Made by a program: the position numbers and the translations under genes
Notes under the pieces: model-generated
Told to the model about the DNA's origin: nothing
The model's database searches: none
What the model saw: only the letters and a program-made list of their open reading frames with translations
Shown here: one piece after another, positions 10,308 to 17,086 of the stretch
Position numbering within the stretch: the first letter of the stretch is position 1
Layout: every line of letters starts with the position of its first letter
DNA from: Zygophlyctis sp. KS116
Lineage: Eukaryota; Fungi; Chytridiomycota
Direction: 5' to 3'
Assembly (NCBI GenBank): GCA_054661495.1
Contig: BAAFSQ010000216.1
Location: forward strand, 1 to 17,086
Length of the DNA: 17,086 nt

Positions 10308-11318
10308 TCTCTATTTCAACTCCAGAGACAAAATTTAAAATTTTAACCAGACTTGAAACTGAAAATTCCTTGAAAATTCCTTCAACTTTGGATGAAATTT
10401 CTTCAATACTTGAGTCTGCAAATATTAAAACTGTCGGTCCTGCTCCTGATAAACAAGATCCAATAAGTCCATTTGTATTATCAGGTGAAAGATTTAAAAT
10501 TTCTTGTAATCCTGGAACAAGACTTGTCCGATATCTAAATTTTAAAAATTTTAAAATTACGGCTGATGGATTTTATCCTTTAAACATTCAGAGATAATCT
10601 TTGAATCAAGATTTCCTTCTTGATCACCTTTTAATGCAATAGATAATACAGCTATACGTTGTAAATTATATACAATATCAGATCTAGAATATAAACTAGG
10701 TAAAACTGATCTAGCTACAGAGGTTGGTAATTTAAAATCTGGAATAACGGCAATTACTTTTAATTTACAAGAAACTTGAATAGATAAACTAGTCACAAGT
10801 TGAGATTCTAAAAGTATTTTTGATTCCCAAAAGTTTTGAATTGGTGATTCTAGTGAATATGATGCTCTAACACCTCCTAATAGAGATGCAGACACATTAT
10901 CAGGATGTCCTTCAATGACAGTTGCATAATCTAAAAATTTAATTTACTAAAATACTAAAATACCTAGAATTTGGGAATTAGAAAGATTTAACTCCCCAAA
11001 ATAATTTCCAAGAATCAATCCTGCTACAATTGCTGCTCCTGAAGATCCCAAGCCCCTTCCTAATGGAATTTCATTTTGGATGGTAATATTTAATGGTAAA
11101 AGATTTCCTGAATAAATTGAAGTGAGACGTATAGCAGTTTGTGTTATCAAGTTTTTTTCATAGTCTAGAGATATATCAGGGGAATTGGTAGTTATGATCC
11201 AACGCGAATCTTGACAGGCAGACACTGTTAACCACAATGATAAAGCAGCGCCAAGACTATCAAACCCACAACCAAAATTAGCAGTCGAACAAGGTACTTT
11301 AAAACTCAATTGTTTCAT
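10300..11318 (-). CDS. THR1: Homoserine kinase (GHMP family), ~319 aa, 3 exons
   Basis: Introns: 10931-10963 and 10535-10560. Motifs: KVPCSTANFGCGFDSLG, IPLGRGLGSSGAA, IEGHPDNV, DKIHQPYR, LSGAGPT. The stop is TAA at 10302-10300. Confidence 0.93.
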
Positions 11319-11384
11319 AAGGGTGATTTGGGCTGATGAAACGTTGAATTTGCGGCTTCAAATTTGCTTAAAAAAAATCTTGAA
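11319..11384. promoter_or_regulatory. 66-nt divergent intergenic region (probable bidirectional promoter), THR1 / RRM gene
   Basis: Head-to-head start codons at 11318 (-) and 11385 (+). Confidence 0.55.
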
Positions 11385-12125
11385 ATGCCAGGTATTTCCT
11401 ATTAATTAAAGTTAGAAACTATGGATCCACAAGCCTCTTCCTCTACTGCTGTTGATGATCGATACAATCAAAAGGATGATGATCGTAGAGGAAAATCAGA
11501 CGATCGCTACCATTCTTCAAACTCTTACTATCAAGAACGTCGTCCTCATAATGACCATCATCGATCGGATAGATCTCATGATGATCGATATGATGATCGA
11601 TCTTATGACAGACGAAGAAGACCATACTCTCCTCCAAGAAGAAGAAGACCAACTAGACCTGTGATAAGAGGTACAGAAGAAGAAAGGGCTTCAACAACTT
11701 CTCTATATGTTGGAAATTTACCTTATAATTTTGGAGAAAAGGATGTCTCAGAGTTAGTTGAAAGATATGGAAAATTAAAAAGTATTAAAGTACCTCAAGA
11801 CCGATATACTGGAAGAAATAAGGGATTTGCATTTGTGGAATTTGAGGATCGACTGGATGCTGAAGATGCTCTTTCTAAATTACATGATTTTACTGTTGAT
11901 GGTAGAAGAATCAAGCTGGATTGGGATGTTGGACAGACTAAAAAAGAAGAGGTTAAAGAAGAAAAATATGGTCGTAATGATTCATATAGAAGAGAAAGAA
12001 GTGATCGTTCTAGGGATGAAAGAGATCACAGTCCAAGAAGAAATGATAGTCGTGATCGCAGTCGAAATTATAGTCGCAGCCGTGATCGTAGTCGTGATCG
12101 CAGTCATAGTCGTGGAAGATATTAA
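11385..12125 (+). CDS. Single-RRM protein with RD/RS-rich flanks (SR-like splicing factor), ~238 aa
   Basis: A probable 7-nt first exon (ATG CCA G) and intron 11392-11415 join in frame to the ORF starting at 11421. RNP2 is LYVGNL and RNP1 is KGFAFVEF. The C-terminal tail is RSRDRSRDRSHSR. Confidence 0.88.
12045..12115 (+). repeat. Coding RS/RD repeat (cgtgatcgYagt units)
   Basis: Three copies of cgtgatcgc/tagt encode RDRS. Confidence 0.7.
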
Positions 12126-12471
12126 TATACTTTTTTTAACCACTTTTATATACTGAATGAATTGTATGAACAAGACAAGAATCTACCTTTTAATCTCACC
12201 AAAGCGTTTCTAGAGTATTGTCTCTCTCATGATTTATTGTCTATTATTTAATTTCATTCAAATTAGACAAGAAACAGAGGAAAGAAATCAACGAAGAGCA
12301 GCACGCTTGAGTTTGGATTGATTTTTCTAATACATTTGTTTTTTTAGTTGATTACATTCTCATTGAAATTGAGCCTTAATCTCATTGTAAATATAACAGC
12401 CGCCATTAAAATCAGTAAGTTGAATATATTTTGTATGGGAGTCTCATAGAGAAAGAGAGACTGGGCTGTGG

Positions 12472-13257
12472 TTACTGGGGGGTTTTATAAATGTTTAGAC
12501 TCATCTTTTGTAAGTTTAGTAAAAGTACCACAAAATATTCATTTTCCATTGTTTTTAGAGGTACAATTGATGAATTAGGAACCTGTTCTTTTCCACAAGA
12601 GACGGGAATCCATGAATTCAACTATCTTTAATTTTAAAATTTACATCTTCTGGAGGACCTTTTTTATTCACATCTACAATAATAGCAAATGTAGTTTCTA
12701 ATAGTTTAATCAAAACTTGTAAAATTACGCTCTAAAATGGGCTTTAGTAGACTATCACAAGTACTAATCTTTATCAAAAATTCCCTGAAATGTCTTTCTA
12801 AAGCATCTCTTGTCAACATTACATTTTTTGAAGAAATTTCTTTCATAGATGTTCCCATGTCTGAAATCAATAATGATAGATCAAAGCTAAAACGTTCTGA
12901 ATTTAGTAAATTGAAATACCTTTAGGAATCCCTTTTAGATCAGAAATCAATACTATTATTTCCTTGATCAGCCCCTACTTTTGAATAAATATTTATACCA
13001 TGGATAATTCTGGTTGTATTGATTTAAATACTGAATCGACATAATCATTTAATGTCGGCTCGGAGCATGCCTTGATCGGAACTCCGAAAACGACTCTCTG
13101 ATCAAACACATCTATCTCATCAATTTTATAAATTACCCAGAGGATACACTTGCCTAATATATAATATATAATGGATTGCAGATTTTAGAAAACTAGACAG
13201 TGAATCTAATAGATTTTTTAATAGATGTAACATACTCAACAAATCTTCATATTCCAT
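12472..13257 (-). CDS. REV7: HORMA-domain DNA polymerase zeta subunit Rev7/MAD2L2, ~201 aa, up to 8 exons (absent from the ORF track)
   Basis: Introns: 13206-13235 (uncertain, stop-free 3n), 13112-13136, 12975-12998, 12897-12919, 12698-12728, 12622-12644, 12505-12528. Spliced motifs FLKSAIHYILYIRQVYP, FGVP, PTLNDYV, PKERFSFD, FLIKISTCDSLL, TFAIIV, SWIP and IVPLKTM match recalled MAD2L2. Confidence 0.9.
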
Positions 13258-13266
13258 TGATAAGAT

Positions 13267-14110
13267 CTATGCAGGGTTCACTGAAAACAATTGAACTGAT
13301 CCATCTCCTACATCTAATTCAAACGTAATGCATAGAATGGGTGGTTCTGAATCGTAGTCTATTGAATCTTGAATTGGTTTAGAGACAGAAAATGTCTGCA
13401 TTAAACGCAAATGACTGATTGCGCTCTTTACTGACTCTTCAGACATATCTCGTAAACCATTTAAATACGTAGTAAAGAATCCATTCACCATATTCACTGC
13501 ATAAGAATATCTAGAATCTGATTTTTTAACTCGAGGTAAATCTTGAAGTGTTTCCAAGATTCTTGTACCATAACTAAAGACTGTAGTTGTGCATTCTAGA
13601 TTCATTGATTCAATCGACTCAAGAATTGTTAAATTCTTAAATTCACCGTCCAGAATAGATGGTACACATAAATTTAACTGTGATTAAAGGCATTAATGCA
13701 TACTTTGGCGTGATAAAATATTGTACAATTAGAAAAGCTTTCATACAGTGAATCAAAATTTGGGATTTTCATGGCATCACAAACTGATAATAAACTTATG
13801 GGATCATAAACTAGATCTGATGATATTAAAGCTAATGAATGCCTAGCAGTCTAAAATTTAATTATGATTTGAGACTTGCCTGATCTGCATCGTTTAATAG
13901 CGTTTCCTTGTCCCAATATAAATAAAAATATTTTAAAATTAGAGACTCTGGTAAAATTCCATTATTTTCTGCAAAAGGTTTAAGATATTCACAAGGCTCG
14001 GACTCTATAATCTTTGGGAGACATAATCTCTTGTTTAATAAAGCCCTAATGGTATCAGTTGGTGCAAATGGATTCCCATCTATCTATGATTGATCAGACA
14101 TCTTACTCAT
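13267..14110 (-). CDS. TEAD YAP-binding-domain (YBD)-like protein without a TEA DNA-binding domain, ~253 aa, 4 exons
   Basis: Introns: 14080-14106, 13851-13879 (GC-AG), 13678-13703. There is colinear similarity to the recalled TEAD1 YBD: LILKYFYLYWD~LRLVEFSAFLE, RHSLALI~KHLFVHI, FYHAKLNL~FFLVKFWADLN, LESIESMNLECTTTVFSYGTRILE~[34 protein letters not shown]~LLCMACVFEV. Confidence 0.75.
13851..13879 (-). other. 29-nt GC-AG intron
   Basis: The junction is CAG|gcaagtctcaaatcataattaaattttag|ACT. Only this junction keeps the frame open; the nearby GT donor leads to immediate stops. Confidence 0.75.
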
Positions 14111-14363
14111 AATAAATTATTATTTAATCAAACTAGATGATTCCGATAAATACATTTTTGATTTTAATAGCAACGTCCGATAAATGAAGTTGAGCCTTTT
14201 GATTTAGTTCCAGTTTCTAGGCTAGGCTGTGGTTTTTGATTATGTAAAGTAGAAAAATTACTCAAAATAAAAATAAAAAATTTGAAATGAGCAATCGTTC
14301 AGCTCCCAATACCAATTTTATTTAAAAAACTGTTGGTCCACGCCATGAAAAACGTATAATCGC

Positions 14364-15047
14364 CTAGTAAAGTCTCACAGCTAATTTTTTAAACAATATA
14401 AACTTACGTTTTCCCATAGTACTCTTCAAGTACAAAGACTTGACATTTTGCCAATTCTTCTTTAGCAAAGAAACCAAAAAGTTGATTGAAATCATAGTAT
14501 TGTTAACCAATTGATCTTCACTCATCTTAACATGTCCAACTGCAACTCCAAGACATAACACCTTTTTCAACTGGAATTTGATTGTAGATTTTAAATCATT
14601 AACTTTTTCTTCCAAGCTGTCATTATGATTGACAGGAGTAGGAAATTTACCAGCCTTTGATAAACCAGGACCCAAAATTCTAGGAATTTGTTTAATCAAT
14701 GCTTCTGAAGCCAAGAAAGCATCATACTTTTTAGCCAATTTCTTGATTAATTTCTTATTCTTATTCAATTTCTTCAAATCATCAACAGACATATATTGGA
14801 GTCCAATTGCCTTTGCCTGATCGATATGGGCAGCATCAGCCAAAATACAAATCTTCATTTTTGGCTTTGGGACATTTGGCAATTTAACAGTTCCAGAAAA
14901 ACGCTTATCTCTTTGAGGATCATAATTCTTTAGACCGATTTGTAATTCCACGGTTTCAGCAAACTTTCGGACTTTTTCTTCTGTTGAATAAGTCAAGAGA
15001 TTCTTGATCTCTTCTCTCACTGATGACGCTTGAACTTTGCTCGACAT
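14364..15047 (-). CDS. RPL1: 60S ribosomal protein uL1 (L10a), ~218 aa after removing one intron
   Basis: Motifs: [27 protein letters not shown] and [12 protein letters not shown]. Removing intron 14381-14407 restores the conserved C-terminus STMGKPVRLY. Confidence 0.98.
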   Translation of the reverse strand: MSSKVQASSVREEIKNLLTYSTEEKVRKFAETVELQIGLKNYDPQRDKRFSGTVKLPNVPKPKMKICILADAAHIDQAKAIGLQYMSVDDLKKLNKNKKLIKKLAKKYDAFLASEALIKQIPRILGPGLSKAGKFPTPVNHNDSLEEKVNDLKSTIKFQLKKVLCLGVAVGHVKMSEDQLVNNTMISINFLVSLLKKNWQNVKSLYLKSTMGKRKFILFKKLAVRLY

Positions 15048-15123
15048 TTTTCAATTTTTTTTTGTAAAATTTTTTTGGTTTTTTTTTTGGTTTTGCCACT
15101 TGTTCACCTACAACTTTGACCTA
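15048..15123. promoter_or_regulatory. 76-nt divergent intergenic region with poly(T) tracts, RPL1 / NR2C2AP
   Basis: Head-to-head ATGs at 15047 (-) and 15124 (+). Runs of T7-T10 are typical of nucleosome-depleted fungal promoters. Confidence 0.55.
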
Positions 15124-15528
15124 ATGAAAGTGTCAGTGTCTTCAGTCAATGCAAGAAATAACAAGGACTATGGGAAACAGTACTTGATGGATGGTAATGA
15201 AGAGACATGTTGGCAGTCTGATCAAGTAAGTTTAAACTAGTAATAGTAGGGATCTCCACAATGGATTATTATAGATTTTGAAAGAGAAATTCAAAATTCA
15301 CAAATTGAAATTATGTTTCAAGGAGGATTTGTAGGGATTGAAACACATTTATTTAGTATTTCTGACCAAGGGGAGTGGGAATTAAGCAAAATATTTTATT
15401 TAAAAGATGATAATTCTAATCAAATACTAGAGACTAGTTTAAAATCTAGTAAAATTAGACTAGAATTTGTAAAATCTAGTGATTTCTTTGGTAGAATTGT
15501 TATTTATAATTTACACTGTCATTTTTAA
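15124..15528 (+). CDS. NR2C2AP: Nuclear receptor 2C2-associated protein (galactose-binding/discoidin-like fold), ~126 aa
   Basis: Intron: 15226-15249. Motifs: VSSV..RNNKDYGKQYLMDGNEETCWQSDQGSPQWI, FQGGFVG, DDNSNQ, SSDFFGRIVIYNL. Confidence 0.9.
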
Positions 15529-15579
15529 TGTGCGTGTTTCTGCCCTCAACATTACCCTAAAATCAAAAGTGACAATTTA

Positions 15580-16989
15580 ATGTCACTCAAATTCAATTGG
15601 CCTGAATTTACTTTAGATCAGATAAATTTAGCAAAAGAACAATTAACACTTGCATTAAATTCAGGACCGAAAACTCCAAATATAGTTGGAGATATAAAAA
15701 TAACAGATTTGAATTTAGGAACAAAAGCTCCAGAATTAGTTTGTGTTAGTTTAGATGATTTACAAGCCTCAATGCTTCCATTTCCTAAAAGTAAGGTGAT
15801 GTTGCATTTAGTTTACGATGGTGATGCTCATCTTGTACTACAGACTTTGGTAATTTTAAATTGTAAAAAAATAGGTTCAAGTTAATCCACTCTCACAAAA
15901 TAAAAATGAAATTAGACCTTGGCCTCATATGGTGGCGGCTAATCAGCCATTGATTCTTCCTTTAAATATAAAGATTGCTGAAATTAGGTTAAAAGGTGTG
16001 ATATCTTTTGCATTTGATGCAGAACAAGGAATTACAATTAAATTCAAGTCTGAAAATCCTCTGATTAGTTTAAAAGTCTCATCTTCTTTTGATCACGTTG
16101 AATCTATTAAAAAAGTATTACAAGAACAGATTGAAAATCAAATTCAATCTCTATTCAAAACAGATTTACCATTGATCATTTATAGACTAAGTCAAACTTT
16201 TGTAAAAGAAATTTCTAGAGATTCTTCGCCAATTAAAGGGTCAGAGTCTTGGAAATGGGCTTCTTCAAGTATAGCCGAGTCAAGTTCACAAGAATTGGGA
16301 ACTCTAGAGCCTGAAAAACTACTAATTGCAAGGAAAGCATCAAAATCACATAAAGGTAAACTCTATAAATTAAATTTCAAGAAAAATGGGGTGGGAATAC
16401 AGATGATGATATTCTATCCATTGATATAGATCCTATAATGAAAAGTTTTCAATCAGAAGAAGGATTGGGAAAGCTAGAAGCTGATTCAAATGTAAATTTT
16501 ATATTTAGAGAAAAGTTGAATCGTTCAACTCGTTCTTATCCGTCGTCTCCTTCAATAACATCTACTACCACAAGCAGAAATAGTGGAATTCCATCTAAAT
16601 CTGGATTTAGAAAGGTTCGATCAAATAGGAGTCATTCAAGTGTCACTGGATCACTTCCTTCAAATTTAGATAAAACCCCAAATATTAGACGACAAAACTC
16701 TGATGACGATCTTGAGAAAGAACCAGAAATGCTTTCTAGAATAGATGTTGAAGCAACAGGGACTGATATAGCCTCTAAATTAATGCATCTCATGTCTGGA
16801 AATAATGCATTTAATGCAAATGTTTTGGTGAAAAATGTAAAACAAGAAATAGTTCATCGAGCTGATCCAAACCTTACATCACCTAGTTCTCCATCAATTA
16901 GCTCTGAACCTGGAGATTCTGGAAAAAGAAAATATCGAGCACCTCTTAAATCACCAGATATCTCGCACAGTAGAAATCAGTTTATCTAA
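15580..16989 (+). CDS. MDM34: ERMES subunit Mdm34 (N-terminal SMP domain, Ser-rich tail), ~452 aa
   Basis: Introns: 15850-15874 and 16356-16381. Motifs: MSLKFNW, LTLALN, IVGDIKITDLNLGTKAPEL, YDGDAHLVLQTLVQVNPL, PLISLKVSSSFD, DLPLIIYRLS. Confidence 0.9.
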
Positions 16990-17086
16990 TCATTACATCA
17001 AATTGCTTTTTATTCTGTTTATACGACTTGTCACCAAGATCTTGCAATTTTAATTTAACAAGAATAAACTACATATAGTTCTAAAA

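Noticed and set aside
10300-11318. Bacterial origin (horizontal transfer) of the homoserine kinase
   Set aside because: The motifs are shared by fungal and bacterial enzymes, and the gene has host-type introns and composition. This cannot be claimed without a phylogeny.
12464-14234. GGCTGTGGTT repeated at 12464-12473 and 14225-14234
   Set aside because: Many 10-mer repeats are expected by chance in 17 kb, and there is no independent support.
10370-14820. ORF-track entries 10370-10597, 11443-11652, 11452-11664, 11827-12156, 11982-12173, 12737-12925 and 14629-14820
   Set aside because: They are antisense or shifted-frame products of THR1, the repetitive RD/RS gene, REV7 and RPL1.
15037-15123. 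Phe-rich N-terminal extension of ORF 15037-15240
   Set aside because: It is translated poly(T) promoter sequence overlapping the RPL1 start. NR2C2AP similarity begins at the ATG at 15124.
1-17086. tRNA, rRNA, snRNA, CRISPR arrays, transposons or Introner-like repeated introns
   Set aside because: I saw no recognisable RNA-gene motifs, spaced repeats or transposase ORFs, and the introns do not share sequence beyond their splice sites.

Overview
This is an AT-rich, extremely compact eukaryotic window. The gene set (ERMES subunit MDM34, fungal NoxR, THR1 and the ciliary transition-zone protein TMEM218) points to a flagellated, chytrid-type fungus (inference). Manual splicing gives 14 complete protein-coding genes: EHD3/HIBCH, TMEM218, a Pus1/TruA-like protein, an OSCA/CSC1 channel, a C2H2 transcription factor, NoxR, SYM1/MPV17, THR1, an RRM-RS protein, REV7, a TEAD YAP-binding-domain-like protein, RPL1, NR2C2AP and MDM34. 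They are split by 45 predicted ultrashort introns of 23-33 nt (mode 27), which is why the ORF track is fragmented and misses TMEM218 and REV7 entirely. The most notable items are: a stand-alone TEAD YBD-like protein with no TEA DNA-binding domain; a Pus1 paralog with the catalytic Asp replaced; same-strand genes that overlap (THR1/SYM1, 8 nt) or nearly abut (YBD/REV7, 9 nt); a 29-nt GC-AG intron; and several stop-free 3n introns. All family calls come from motifs I recognised by eye; no searches were run.
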